Below are positions 26,909-37,080 of a stretch of DNA of 64,000 nucleotides, piece by piece. The stretch spans positions 4,952 to 68,951 of the forward strand of contig CAZQQI010000001.1 in the NCBI GenBank assembly GCA_964595465.1, written 5' to 3'. The notes below the pieces were generated by a model, which had not been told where the DNA came from, ran no database searches, and worked only from the letters and a program-made list of their open reading frames with translations. This DNA is from an uncultured Planctomycetales bacterium. GTDB lineage: Bacteria > Omnitrophota > Gorgyraeia > Zapsychrales > JANLHA01. How positions within the stretch are numbered: position 1 is the stretch's first letter; every line of letters begins with the position of its first letter. The position numbers and the translations under genes were made by a program.

Positions 26909-27964
26909 TTATTCTTTAGCTAATTGTTTGAATTCTTGCAGATTCTTGACGTGGGGCAGGACATCTTCATAAGACACCGTACCGGTCTTGTAGAGATACT
27001 GCAGCGATTTATCCATAGTGTGCATACCGTGAGCGCTGCCGGTCTGAATCGCCGTCGGGATCTGCTCGATCGCCTGCTCGCGGATCAGATTGCGGATCGC
27101 CGGAGTGGCAGTCATGATCTCCGTGCCCAAAATACGCCCTGAGCCGTCAGCCTTCGGCAAAAGGATCTGCGACGCCACACCCTGCAGCGCAGACGCCAGC
27201 TGCAGCTTGACCTGGGACTGCTGATGCGGCGGAAAAACATCAATAATGCGTTCAATCGTCTGAGGAGCATCAGGCGTGTGCAGAGTCGCCAAAACCAAAT
27301 GCCCGGTCTCAGCCGCGGTCAACGCCGTCGATATCGTTTCCAGATCGCGCATCTCCCCCACAACGATCACGTCGGGGTCCTGACGCAGACAGCGCTTCAA
27401 TGCCTCAGCGAAAGAGTTGGTATCACTGAAGACCTCACGCTGTTTAATGATCGCCTTCTTATTGAAATGAACATATTCGATCGGATCTTCGATCATGATG
27501 ATCAGGTTCTTGCGCTCTTCATTGATCAAATTGATCATCGAAGCCAACGTCGTCGTCTTCCCTGTCCCCGTCGGACCGGTCACCAGAACCAAACCGTTGC
27601 GGCGGCGGGCCAGATCAGCCATCACCGGCGGAAGACCCAGTTCCTCCATGTTGGGGATAAACAGCGGGATACGCCGGAAGGCCGCTTCAACAGAGCCGCG
27701 CTGCACATGAATATTCACACGGTAACGGTCCATGCCGGAAAGAGCCAGCGAAAAATCCAGCTCCCGGTCCTGCTCAAACTTTTCCTTCTGCCGGTCGGTC
27801 AAAATCCCGTAAATGATCTTTTTCAGCTGCTCACGGGTCAGCGGCTCATAATCCGTAATAATCAATTCACCGTTGATCCGCAGGACCGGCGGGGTATCAA
27901 ATGTTAAATGGAGGTCCGAGGCATTGCGTTCATTCGCCAGAACCAAGAGATCGCGTAATTCCAT
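26909..27964 (-). CDS. pilT: type IV pilus retraction ATPase PilT
   Basis: Walker A GPTGTGKTT, Asp box, His box, and the PilT-specific AIRNLIRE motif. ATG at 27964 with an AAGGAGAGGG SD. Confidence 0.85.
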   Translation of the reverse strand: MELRDLLVLANERNASDLHLTFDTPPVLRINGELIITDYEPLTREQLKKIIYGILTDRQKEKFEQDRELDFSLALSGMDRYRVNIHVQRGSVEAAFRRIPLFIPNMEELGLPPVMADLARRRNGLVLVTGPTGTGKTTTLASMINLINEERKNLIIMIEDPIEYVHFNKKAIIKQREVFSDTNSFAEALKRCLRQDPDVIVVGEMRDLETISTALTAAETGHLVLATLHTPDAPQTIERIIDVFPPHQQSQVKLQLASALQGVASQILLPKADGSGRILGTEIMTATPAIRNLIREQAIEQIPTAIQTGSAHGMHTMDKSLQYLYKTGTVSYEDVLPHVKNLQEFKQLAKE

Positions 27965-28067
27965 AACAGCCCTCTCCTTGTTGAGGATCATAAGGGACAA
28001 TTTTTTTATAGTTTAGCATTTTCAGGCAGGTTTGTCTAAGAAGATTCCGGTTCAGCCGCCGGCCCGG

Positions 28068-29234
28068 TCAGGCCTTCTGCTGCTGGATCCAGCCGGCGAT
28101 ACGCCGGATCCCTTCGCGGATCCTCTCCTGGGACGTGGCAAAACTTATCCGGACATACCCGGGCGCGCCGAACCCTTCACCGGGAATCATGGCCACGTTC
28201 ACATCGTTCAGAATAGCCTGAGCGGTCTTGAACGAATCGCCCAATTTCGAGACATCACAGAAGAGATAGAAAGCACCCTGCGGACGAATATACGAAAGAT
28301 CATCGACCTCGTCGATCAGGCTCATCAGAAGATCACGGCGGGCGTTAAACTCCGCAGCCATGGCCTGAAGATCATCCGCCGGAGACCGCAAAGCAGCGAG
28401 CGCCGCAGCCTGACTGATCGAACAGGGGTTGGACGTAGAATGGTCCTGCAGACGCTTGACATACGTCATAACCTCTTTCGGACCGGCCATGTATCCGATC
28501 CGCCAGCCGGTCATCGCATAGGCCTTGGACACACCGTTGACCGTGATCGTCCGGTCATAAGCCTCTTGACCGAGAGACGCGAACGAGACGAATTCCAGCC
28601 CATCATAAATCAGCTTTTCATAGATCTCGTCGCTGATCACAAAAATATCATGCTTAACACAAACCTCGGCGATCGCGGCCAGTTCGTCGCGGGTGTAGAC
28701 CATTCCGGTCGGGTTGGACGGAGAATTGAGGATCAGGACCTTAGTGCGGTCCGTGACAGCCTCCTCAAGCTGTTGGGGGGTAATTTTAAAATGGGACGAC
28801 GCGCCGGTCGGGATCACCTTGGGTACAGCTCCGGAAAACTTGACCATTTCAGGATAACTGACCCAGTACGGAGAAGGAATGATCACCTCATCACCTTCAT
28901 CCGCCAAAACCTGAACCGCAGCAAAGACCGAATGCTTGGCCCCGCAATTCACCGCGATCTGGTCGGGCGCATAAGACAGCCCGTTATCATCCTGAAATTT
29001 CCGGGAGATCTCTTTGCGGATCTCCAGAGTCCCGATACTGGGAGTATACTTGGTCTGGCCGTTCTGAATAGCCTGGACCGCAGCTTGTTTGATCGCCTCC
29101 GGAGTATCAAAATCCGGCTCTCCTCCGGCAAAATTCACGACATCGCGCCCTTCGGCCTTGAGTTCCTTTGCTCTGGCCGTGATCGCCAGAGTTGATGACG
29201 GGAGTATTTCCTGAATGCGGCGGTTAAGCTTCAT
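28068..29234 (-). CDS. aspartate/aromatic aminotransferase (class I PLP aminotransferase)
   Basis: NSPSNPTG...SKAYAMTGWRIGY (PLP-lysine motif). Begins 9 nt after the rplQ stop. Confidence 0.85.
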   Translation of the reverse strand: MKLNRRIQEILPSSTLAITARAKELKAEGRDVVNFAGGEPDFDTPEAIKQAAVQAIQNGQTKYTPSIGTLEIRKEISRKFQDDNGLSYAPDQIAVNCGAKHSVFAAVQVLADEGDEVIIPSPYWVSYPEMVKFSGAVPKVIPTGASSHFKITPQQLEEAVTDRTKVLILNSPSNPTGMVYTRDELAAIAEVCVKHDIFVISDEIYEKLIYDGLEFVSFASLGQEAYDRTITVNGVSKAYAMTGWRIGYMAGPKEVMTYVKRLQDHSTSNPCSISQAAALAALRSPADDLQAMAAEFNARRDLLMSLIDEVDDLSYIRPQGAFYLFCDVSKLGDSFKTAQAILNDVNVAMIPGEGFGAPGYVRISFATSQERIREGIRRIAGWIQQQKA

Positions 29235-29243
29235 AACGGCCCC

Positions 29244-29795
29244 TTATTTCTTATTGTCCCCTTTTTTCTTACGAAAAATCCCTTTCAGGCCTTTTCCTTT
29301 AGAATCCTTTTTCTGCTCTGCTTTTTCCTCAACGGCCCCTTCAGCAGGCTTCTCTTCCTGCGAGACGTCTTTGGGGGCAGCCTTTTTGGCCGTTTTCGAA
29401 GCCGCTTTCTTCTTAGACTTTTCCGGGGTCAGGGTATCTTTTTCCGTCAGTTCCAGCAAAACCAATTCAGCATTATCTCCCCGGCGGGGAGTTGCCAGTT
29501 TCAGAACACGGGTATATCCCCCCGGACGGGATTGAAACCGCGGCGCGATAGAATGAAACAATGTGCTGACCAGCTTATGATCGCAGAGAATCGCGTAAGC
29601 ACGGCGCTTATGCACCAAGCTTCCCTTTTTCCCCAGCGTGATCAACCGGTCCACCATCTTACGGGCCTCTTTAGCCTTAGCGGACGTCGTGCGGATCCGC
29701 TGATGGATCAAAACAGACTTGGCAATATCACGCACCGTGGCTTTACGCCAGCTGGGCCTGCGGTTCAACCGGTTTCCTGCAATAGCATGTCTCAT
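29244..29795 (-). CDS. rplQ: 50S ribosomal protein L17 with a roughly 55-aa K/A-rich C-terminal extension
   Basis: MRHAIAGNRLNRRPSWRKA...GGYTRVLKL core, then a KKKAASKTAKKAAPKD...KKKGDNKK tail. Confidence 0.9.
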   Translation of the reverse strand: MRHAIAGNRLNRRPSWRKATVRDIAKSVLIHQRIRTTSAKAKEARKMVDRLITLGKKGSLVHKRRAYAILCDHKLVSTLFHSIAPRFQSRPGGYTRVLKLATPRRGDNAELVLLELTEKDTLTPEKSKKKAASKTAKKAAPKDVSQEEKPAEGAVEEKAEQKKDSKGKGLKGIFRKKKGDNKK

Positions 29796-29834
29796 AATGG
29801 CACACCTTTAATCTATAATAAATTGATAAAAACC

Positions 29835-30827
29835 TTATTCCGTCCGTTTCAGTTTCTTGGGATCGATCTTCATGCCCAGAGAAAGATTCAGACTTTTCAG
29901 CAGATCCTCGATCTCGGTCAGTGATTTCTTCCCAAAATTACGAAAATTCAGCAGTTCCGACTCCTGGTATTTCACCAGATCAGCGATCGTCTTGATGTTC
30001 GCCTCTTTCAGACAGTTAGCACTGCGCACCGATAGCTCAAGTTCCGAAATCGGCAGACGAAGCTTTTCATACATGGCCTCTTCCTCGGCGGAGATCTCTT
30101 CTTCCTCCTCCTCTTCCTCAGGAAGCTGTCCGTAAGAAACAAACACGTCCAGGTGACGCTGCATAATATTCGCGCCGTAAAGCAGAGCTTCTTTCGGCTC
30201 GATCGCCCCGTTCGTCCAGATCTCCAGGACCAGCCGGTCATAGTCGGTCTTCTGTCCCACACGGGTATCTTCCACAAAATAATTGACCTTCATGATCGGT
30301 GTCAGGATCGAATCGATCGCGATCGTGCCCACCGGACTGTCGCCCTTCTTGTTCAGTTCAGCCGGAACATATCCCCGTCCGCGCGACACTTCCATTTCGA
30401 CATTAAAAGGAACATCCTGGGTCAATGTAGCGATATGATGATCGGGATTAATGATCTCGATCGTTTCATCGCAGATAATATCGCGCGCCGTTACATCGCC
30501 CTTGCTGTCCACTTTAATATAGACCGTCTTGGCGACCTTGGAATACGAACGCAGCACCAGACCTTTCAGGTTAAGAATGATATCGGTCATCGGCTCCAGC
30601 ACACCCTCCAGCGTGGAGAACTCATGCTGAACACCATCCACACGCACCGACGTCACAGCAGCGCCTTCGATCGAGGACAAAAGGATCCGGCGCAGAGAAT
30701 TCCCCAGCGTTACCCCGTATCCCCGTTCAAACGGCTCCGCGAGAAATTTCCCGTAATAATTCGTATATGTGGATTCATCGCATTCCAGCCGTTTGGGCAT
30801 TTGAAAATCGCGCCACTTAATCCCCAT
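29835..30827 (-). CDS. rpoA: DNA-directed RNA polymerase subunit alpha
   Basis: 330 aa, N- and C-terminal alpha domains with an acidic linker (EEEEEEE). Confidence 0.95.
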   Translation of the reverse strand: MGIKWRDFQMPKRLECDESTYTNYYGKFLAEPFERGYGVTLGNSLRRILLSSIEGAAVTSVRVDGVQHEFSTLEGVLEPMTDIILNLKGLVLRSYSKVAKTVYIKVDSKGDVTARDIICDETIEIINPDHHIATLTQDVPFNVEMEVSRGRGYVPAELNKKGDSPVGTIAIDSILTPIMKVNYFVEDTRVGQKTDYDRLVLEIWTNGAIEPKEALLYGANIMQRHLDVFVSYGQLPEEEEEEEEISAEEEAMYEKLRLPISELELSVRSANCLKEANIKTIADLVKYQESELLNFRNFGKKSLTEIEDLLKSLNLSLGMKIDPKKLKRTE

Positions 30828-30866
30828 GATTTCCTCCTGATTGTATTTAAATAGGCAAAGAAATGA

Positions 30867-31484
30867 TTATTTCGAATACAACTCGATGATAAGCTGTTCA
30901 TTGATCGGGAACGTGATATCTTCACGTTCCGGCAGACGGTCGACCTTGCCTTTGAGGTTCTCTTCGTCGACAGTTACCCAGGCCGGATTCTCGCGGCCCT
31001 GATACTGAGCGTTCTGCTCAATATTGGTTTTGATATACTTACGGACATGATCTTTGTCTTTCAGTGTGATCTCGTCCCCCTCTTTGACAGAATAGGACGG
31101 AATATCCACCCGGCGGCCGTTCACACAGATCAAACCGTGGTTGACGATCTGACGCGCCTGCGGACGTGTGGTGGCAAAACCCAGACGGTAGATCACATTA
31201 TCCAAACGCTGTTCCAGGATCTGCAGCAGCCTGCTGCCGGTGATCCCCTTCGAGCTGGTCGCCTGCTGATAATAACGGCGGAACTGGCGTTCCAAAACAC
31301 CGTACAGCCGTTTGACTTTCTGCTTTTCTCGGAGCTGGATGCCGAAGTTCGACATCTTTGTCCGGCGGTTGCCGTGCTGCCCCGGAGCGTAGTCTCTGCG
31401 TTCCAGCGCGTTTCTCTTAGAAGAGAAAAGTTCAACGCCTTCCCGGCGGGACAAACGCCATTTTGGTCCTGTATATCGTGCCAT
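30867..31484 (-). CDS. rpsD: 30S ribosomal protein S4
   Basis: MARYTGPKWRLSRREG... S4 signature. Confidence 0.95.
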   Translation of the reverse strand: MARYTGPKWRLSRREGVELFSSKRNALERRDYAPGQHGNRRTKMSNFGIQLREKQKVKRLYGVLERQFRRYYQQATSSKGITGSRLLQILEQRLDNVIYRLGFATTRPQARQIVNHGLICVNGRRVDIPSYSVKEGDEITLKDKDHVRKYIKTNIEQNAQYQGRENPAWVTVDEENLKGKVDRLPEREDITFPINEQLIIELYSK

Positions 31485-31514
31485 GAAAATCCTTCCTCCT
31501 GCAGCGAATAAAAA

Positions 31515-31934
31515 TTAAACTCTCCGTTTTTTCCGCGGACGGCAGCCGTTATGCGGAACCGGCGTAACATCACGGATCGACATCACATTCAGCCCGCCCG
31601 CCTGAATAGCGCGGATAGCCGATTCACGGCCTGACCCCGGGCCTCTGACATAAACATCGACCGTCTGCAGGCCGTAATCCTTAGCCTGCCGGGCTGCTGT
31701 ACTGGCAGCCACCTGAGCGGCAAACGGCGTCGATTTCCGTGAGCCGTTAAACCCCACCGCTCCGGGACTCGACCAGACGATCACATTACCCTGTTTATCG
31801 CAGATCGAGATCAATGTGTTATTGAACGTGGCCTTGATATGCACATCCCCTGAAGTGATCCCCTTCAGCGATTTCTTCTTGGCCTTTCTCTCTCTACCCG
31901 CAGAAACACGTTTTTTCGGTTTGACTTTAGCCAT
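31515..31934 (-). CDS. rpsK: 30S ribosomal protein S11
   Basis: [12 protein letters not shown]..., S11 signature. Confidence 0.95.
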   Translation of the reverse strand: MAKVKPKKRVSAGRERKAKKKSLKGITSGDVHIKATFNNTLISICDKQGNVIVWSSPGAVGFNGSRKSTPFAAQVAASTAARQAKDYGLQTVDVYVRGPGSGRESAIRAIQAGGLNVMSIRDVTPVPHNGCRPRKKRRV

Positions 31935-31945
31935 ATAGGAATCCC

Positions 31946-32326
31946 TTATTTACCCTTTTTCTTAATCAGTTTGCTCGATACAGATTTACGCCCTTTGCGC
32001 GTGCGGGAATTGGTCTTGGTCCGTTGTCCCCGGGCAGGCAGTCCCCGGCGGTGACGCAGACCGCGATAATTCCCGATATCCATCATGCGCTTGATATTCT
32101 GGGACACCTCACGGCGCAGATCCCCTTCGACAATATAATTATTCTGTATGACAGCCGTTATCCGCGCGATCTCTTCATCAGAAAGATCTTTCGCCCTCTT
32201 ACCAGGCTCAATATTGGCCTCGGTCAAGATCTTCTGGGCGTTGACCCGCCCCACGCCGTAGAGATACGGCAGAGCGGCATCAATCCGTTTTTCGCGTGGA
32301 ATATCGACACCTAAAATCCTTGGCAT
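31946..32326 (-). CDS. rpsM: 30S ribosomal protein S13
   Basis: [15 protein letters not shown]..., S13 signature. Confidence 0.95.
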   Translation of the reverse strand: MPRILGVDIPREKRIDAALPYLYGVGRVNAQKILTEANIEPGKRAKDLSDEEIARITAVIQNNYIVEGDLRREVSQNIKRMMDIGNYRGLRHRRGLPARGQRTKTNSRTRKGRKSVSSKLIKKKGK

Positions 32327-32361
32327 GAGTTCAACCTCTTGTTAAACAATTAATAAAATCA

Positions 32362-32475
32362 TTATCCCTGTCGCTGTTTATGCTTGGGATTCTCACAGAT
32401 CACGCGCACCACATTCTTACGGCGCACGATCTTGCATTTGTTGCAGACACGTTTTACAGATGATTTGACTTTCAT
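32362..32475 (-). CDS. rpmJ: 50S ribosomal protein L36
   Basis: Hand-translated [37 protein letters not shown]. Not in the ORF track (below 60 aa). Confidence 0.9.
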   Translation of the reverse strand: MKVKSSVKRVCNKCKIVRRKNVVRVICENPKHKQRQG

Positions 32476-32693
32476 TTTTTATCCCTATACGTTATCCGCC
32501 CTTTTGTCAGATCATAGGGCGACAATTGCACTTTCACACGGTCACCGGGAAGAATGCGGATAAAATATTTACGCATCTTACCGGAAATATGGGCCATGAC
32601 CTCGTGACCGTTATCCAGGCGCACCTTAAAGCGCGCGCTGGGCAGCGATTCGATGACCTCTCCTTCAACATCAATCAGATCTTCTTTGACCAT
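32472..32693 (-). CDS. infA: translation initiation factor IF-1
   Basis: 72 aa, S1-like fold: [46 protein letters not shown]. Confidence 0.95.
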   Translation of the reverse strand: MVKEDLIDVEGEVIESLPSARFKVRLDNGHEVMAHISGKMRKYFIRILPGDRVKVQLSPYDLTKGRITYRDKK

Positions 32694-32694
32694 A

Positions 32695-33447
32695 TCACTC
32701 CGTTAAAATATCAGGTCCGTTCTCTGTTACCGCGACCATATGTTCAAAATGAGCTGACGGTTTCTTATCAGCCGTCTCCACTGTCCAGCCATCAGACAGG
32801 ATCTCGGTCCGGTCCGTCCCCAGATTAACCATGGGCTCAATGCAGAATACCATTCCCTCCTGCAGAACTGCGCCCTGTCCCCGCGGACCATAATTAGGGA
32901 TCTCGGGTTCTTCGTGAAGCATGCGCCCGATCCCGTGTCCGACAAAATCACGTACCACGCTCATCCCGTTGGCCTCGGCATACTGCTGAACAGCGTGAGA
33001 AATATCCGAAACATGCTGTCCCGGACGAGCCTGTGCAATCCCCTCGTACAATGCCGTGCGGGTCACATCCATCAACCTGCGCCGGTCGTCTGTGATCTCT
33101 CCCACAGCAACCGTTACTGCCATATCCGCGTAAAATCCCTTGTGGATCAGGCCGACATCAATACTGACGATATCCCCCGTCTTAAGCCGTGTCTCGCCGG
33201 GAATCCCGTGAACAACTTCATGATTCAAAGACACACACGCCGCGGCCGGAAAACCCCGGTATCCTTTAAAGGCCGGGCGGCAGTGCTGTTCTTCAATCAA
33301 CTGCTCTGTCAAAAGATCGATTGCTGCCGTCGTCTGATCGGGGCGGACCAGCGCGGCAACCCGCTTAACCACCCGGGACAAAATTCCGGCACCCTCTCTC
33401 ATAATCTTGAGGTCATCCGGAGCTTTGATCGGGATCTTACTAGGCAT
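32695..33447 (-). CDS. map: methionine aminopeptidase type I
   Basis: 250 aa with M24A metal ligands. Confidence 0.9.
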   Translation of the reverse strand: MPSKIPIKAPDDLKIMREGAGILSRVVKRVAALVRPDQTTAAIDLLTEQLIEEQHCRPAFKGYRGFPAAACVSLNHEVVHGIPGETRLKTGDIVSIDVGLIHKGFYADMAVTVAVGEITDDRRRLMDVTRTALYEGIAQARPGQHVSDISHAVQQYAEANGMSVVRDFVGHGIGRMLHEEPEIPNYGPRGQGAVLQEGMVFCIEPMVNLGTDRTEILSDGWTVETADKKPSAHFEHMVAVTENGPDILTE

Positions 33448-34090
33448 CGGCTTTCAGCTTTTCTTGGAGATCCGCTGCGACCGCCCCGGCATCCTGTTCG
33501 GCGTTTACCCGGATCAGCTTGCCCTGTTCCTCATAAAAGGCGATCACCGGCTCCGTACTGCTCATATATACATCCATGCGTTTGCGGATCGTCTCTTCAT
33601 TATCATCCGGACGCTGGTACAATTCTCCGCCGCAGACATCACAGACACCCTCTTTTTCCGGCGGCATATTTTCTACGTGATAAACCGCACCGCATTGGCG
33701 GCAGATCCTGCGTCCGGTCAGCCGCTGAATGATCACCGGCAGGCCGATCTCCATAAACACCGCAGAGTCCAGCGGGGCGTTCAGATCATTTAAAATACGG
33801 TCCAGATCAGCAGCCTGCTTTCCCGTACGGGGATATCCATCAAACAGGACACCATCTTCGAGTTTGATCGTTTTCAGTTTTTCAGCGATCATGCGGGTCA
33901 CAACCTCATCCGGAACCAGCTCTCCGCTTTCCACATATTGTTTCATCTCCTGTCCGATAGGCGTTTCATTCTTCATTTCAGCACGCAGCAGATCACCGGT
34001 CGATAAATGGTTCACACCAAATTCTTTTTTGATCAACGCCGCCAGCGTTCCCTTACCCGCGCCGGGCGGTCCTAATAAAACCAGTCTCAT
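33440..34090 (-). CDS. adk: adenylate kinase (zinc-lid type)
   Basis: GPPGAGKGT P-loop and a lid with CRQCGAVYH...CDVCGGEL. Confidence 0.95.
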   Translation of the reverse strand: MRLVLLGPPGAGKGTLAALIKKEFGVNHLSTGDLLRAEMKNETPIGQEMKQYVESGELVPDEVVTRMIAEKLKTIKLEDGVLFDGYPRTGKQAADLDRILNDLNAPLDSAVFMEIGLPVIIQRLTGRRICRQCGAVYHVENMPPEKEGVCDVCGGELYQRPDDNEETIRKRMDVYMSSTEPVIAFYEEQGKLIRVNAEQDAGAVAADLQEKLKADA

Positions 34091-35430
34091 CGCCGTCCTC
34101 TCAGTTGTCCGGATTTCATAAATCCCTCATAATGCCGCATAACCAAATGCGACTCAATCTGCTTCATGGTGTCGAGCATCACTCCAACTGTGATCAGCAC
34201 ACCCGTCCCGCCGAAAAACGAAGCGACCAGATACGGCACATTAAATGACGCCATGATCGCATCCGGCATAACCGCGATCACACAGATAAAGACCGCGCCG
34301 GCCAGCGTGATACGGGTTAAAACAAAATCCAAATATTCCGCGGTCTGACTTCCCGGCCGGACACCCGGGATAAATCCGCCATGCTTCTTCATATTATTTG
34401 CGACCTCGACCGGATTAAAAACGATCGCAGTATAAAAATAGCAGAAGAAAATGATCAGCAGCGAATAAATCGAATAATAAATCCACGAGCCCCGGCTGAT
34501 ATGCGCCGCAAAGGTCTGAAATCCCTGTGAGGGAATAAAACTGGCCAGCGTAGCCGGAAACAGCAGAATCGACTGTGCGAAAATGATCGCGATAACCCCG
34601 GACGTGTCCACCTTCAGAGGAATATATGTGCTTTGCCCTCCGTAGACCTTGCGCCCCACAACCCGCCGCGCGTATTGCACAGGGATCTTGCGTTGCGCCT
34701 GAGTGATCAAGGTAATGGCAATAATAACGCCGATCAAAAAACAGATCATGATCACCAGGGTCAAAGGCTGCAGCTGCGCCGCGCCGACCGTCTGGGCCGA
34801 CATCAGGCGGACCAGCATCTGAGCCGCTGCCGGAGCAGAGGATAAAATCCCTGCGGTAATGATCAGGGATATCCCATTACCGATGCCGCGTTCCTGAATC
34901 TGCTCGCCAAGCCACATCAAAAGAACGGTCCCCGAAGACAATGTCAAAACCGTGGTCAGACGAAATCCCCAGCCAGGCGAATTAACTACCGACATTCCGT
35001 CAACACCCTGCTGTTCAAGCCAGAGCGCAATAAAAAACGACTGGACCAGCGCCAACGCCAGCGTCCCGTAGCGCGTATACTGATTGATCTTATGATATCC
35101 AGCCTGCCCCTCTTTCGAAAGCTTTTCCAAAGCGGGGATCACCGCCGTCAGCAGCTGCATGATAATCGAACTGGAGATATACGGCATAATCCCGAGAGCG
35201 AAGACGGTCATCTTCTGGATCGCCCCTCCGGAAAACATATTCATCATGCCAAAGATCGTACCCCCGGCCGCAGAATTCATCTTGCTGAAATACTGCGTCA
35301 GGATCGCCCCGTTCACGCCCGGCGTCGGGATAAAACATCCCACCCGGTAAACCGCAATGATCCCTAATGTGAAGAGGATCTTGCGTTTGAGTTCGGGGAT
35401 CTTAAAAGAATTCGCGAATGCCGAAAGCAT
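34087..35430 (-). CDS. secY: preprotein translocase subunit SecY
   Basis: 447 aa, 10 TM segments, SecY signature. Confidence 0.95.
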   Translation of the reverse strand: MLSAFANSFKIPELKRKILFTLGIIAVYRVGCFIPTPGVNGAILTQYFSKMNSAAGGTIFGMMNMFSGGAIQKMTVFALGIMPYISSSIIMQLLTAVIPALEKLSKEGQAGYHKINQYTRYGTLALALVQSFFIALWLEQQGVDGMSVVNSPGWGFRLTTVLTLSSGTVLLMWLGEQIQERGIGNGISLIITAGILSSAPAAAQMLVRLMSAQTVGAAQLQPLTLVIMICFLIGVIIAITLITQAQRKIPVQYARRVVGRKVYGGQSTYIPLKVDTSGVIAIIFAQSILLFPATLASFIPSQGFQTFAAHISRGSWIYYSIYSLLIIFFCYFYTAIVFNPVEVANNMKKHGGFIPGVRPGSQTAEYLDFVLTRITLAGAVFICVIAVMPDAIMASFNVPYLVASFFGGTGVLITVGVMLDTMKQIESHLVMRHYEGFMKSGQLRGRR

Positions 35431-35438
35431 AATAGGAT

Positions 35439-35927
35439 TTACTTTTCCTGTGCTGCGCGGGCCTTAAGCTCCTGCAGGGCCTTTTTATCAAATAACTCAA
35501 CCTTGCCGCCGGCCTTCGTGATCTTCTCTTCGGCGGTCTTGGAAAACTGCGTGGCCTTAACCGTCAGCGGCTTGCTGATCTCACCATTCCCCAGGATCTT
35601 GAACGGCTTGAACGCGTTGCGGATCATACCCGCTTCTTTTAAGACCGCACCGTCGACAACCGCGCCGTTTTCAAAACGGTCAAGAGCTCCGACCTGAACA
35701 ACCTGATACAGGATCGGACGGTGACTGCGGAACCCAACCTTGGGAAGACGCCGGATCAGCGCCATCTGTCCGCCTTCAGAACCGCGCATAATACCCCGTC
35801 CGGCACGGGCATTCTGTCCCTTGTGCCCGCGGCCTGATGTCTTACCGCTTCCGCTCCCGCGGCCGCGTCCGACTTGATGCTTCTTTTTGCGTGCCCCTCT
35901 GGAGGGCTTTAATTCATGCACCTGCAT
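35439..35927 (-). CDS. rplO: 50S ribosomal protein L15
   Basis: Gly/Arg-rich N-terminus and L15 core. Confidence 0.9.
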   Translation of the reverse strand: MQVHELKPSRGARKKKHQVGRGRGSGSGKTSGRGHKGQNARAGRGIMRGSEGGQMALIRRLPKVGFRSHRPILYQVVQVGALDRFENGAVVDGAVLKEAGMIRNAFKPFKILGNGEISKPLTVKATQFSKTAEEKITKAGGKVELFDKKALQELKARAAQEK

Positions 35928-35931
35928 AATA

Positions 35932-36666
35932 TTAACTCACTTCGGTTTTTTGCGGACTCTTGAGCCGCGTGAGCCCGTTCAGGGTCGCTTTCACAACATT
36001 AATCGGATTGTTCGAACGGTGACATTTCGTCAGGATATTATGAATCCCGGCTCCGTCGCAGATCGCGCGGACCGGCCCCGAGGCAATAACCCCGGTTCCT
36101 TCGGCTGCCGGCTTCAGCAGGACCTCTGCACCGCCCCATTCGCCCACGATCTGATGAGGAATCGTCGTGCCTTTCATGGTCACCTTCACCATTTGCTTCT
36201 TGGCAGCGGCCATCGATTTACGGATCGCCGTAGCAACCTCGCCGGCCTTCTGATGCCCGTAGCCGACATTGCCCTTGGTATCACCCACCACGACCAAAGC
36301 GCTGAAGGAAAGTTTTTTCCCTCCCTTAGTCACCTTGGAGACACGTTTGATCGATAAAACCTTCTCAATGAAATCCGGATCAACAGGCGGCTTCTTGCGG
36401 GAATCCGGCCCTTTTCTGCGCGGTCCCCCTCTGCGGGAACGTTGCTGAGCTGACGAAGACCGGTCATTTCTGCCTGCCTGCGGCTTAGCGCTGGGACTTT
36501 CAGAAGACGCCTTTTCGGGATCTTTCTTCTCCGCCTGAGCCGGGGCTTTTTTTGCTGCCTTCTCTTCAGCAGGCTTAGCGTCCGCAGGGGATTCATTTTT
36601 CGGCTGATCCGCCTGCTTTTCTACCGGCTTCTGTTCCTGTTCGGTTTTCTTGTTTTCCTCATCCAT
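35932..36666 (-). CDS. rpsE: 30S ribosomal protein S5 with a roughly 100-aa low-complexity N-terminal extension
   Basis: Conserved S5 core (FIEKVLSIKRVSKVTKGGKKLSFSALVVVGD...) preceded by a K/P/A/E-rich tract. ATG at 36666 with a GGAGAG SD; no in-frame ATG nearer the core. No L30 gene between rpsE and rplO. Confidence 0.85.
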   Translation of the reverse strand: MDEENKKTEQEQKPVEKQADQPKNESPADAKPAEEKAAKKAPAQAEKKDPEKASSESPSAKPQAGRNDRSSSAQQRSRRGGPRRKGPDSRKKPPVDPDFIEKVLSIKRVSKVTKGGKKLSFSALVVVGDTKGNVGYGHQKAGEVATAIRKSMAAAKKQMVKVTMKGTTIPHQIVGEWGGAEVLLKPAAEGTGVIASGPVRAICDGAGIHNILTKCHRSNNPINVVKATLNGLTRLKSPQKTEVS

Positions 36667-36688
36667 AACATTCTCTCCAAAATGACTA

Positions 36689-37069
36689 TTAAAAATCCAA
36701 GCCGTTTTCCCGGGCGGCATCCGCAAAGGCCTTCACGCGGCCGTGGTATAGATACCCGCCCCGGTCAAAACAGACCTTGGTCACTCCCTTAGCTTTTGCG
36801 GCCTCAGCAAAGGCCTTGCCCAAAGCTGCTGCCGCAGAAATATTTCCGCCTTTGCTATCAATTTGAGACGCAACATCTTTATTCAGTGTCGTCATCCCAA
36901 ATAACACCTTACTGCTCGTGTCATCGATAACTTGCGCCGAGAAATTCTTCAGACTGCGATGCACGCACAGCCGTGGGACATCCGGAGTACCGGATAAGCG
37001 TTTACGAATGCGGCGGTGCTTGGAAATACGGTTGATCTCACGAATATTTTGTTTTTTTCGAATACGCAT
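36689..37069 (-). CDS. rplR: 50S ribosomal protein L18
   Basis: L18 signature. Confidence 0.9.
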   Translation of the reverse strand: MRIRKKQNIREINRISKHRRIRKRLSGTPDVPRLCVHRSLKNFSAQVIDDTSSKVLFGMTTLNKDVASQIDSKGGNISAAAALGKAFAEAAKAKGVTKVCFDRGGYLYHGRVKAFADAARENGLDF

Positions 37070-37080
37070 ATTGGATTCAC

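Noticed and set aside
36667-36726. Upstream start ([12 protein letters not shown]...) for rpsE
   Set aside because: It overlaps the rplR coding end and has no SD; the ATG at 36666 has a GGAGAG SD.
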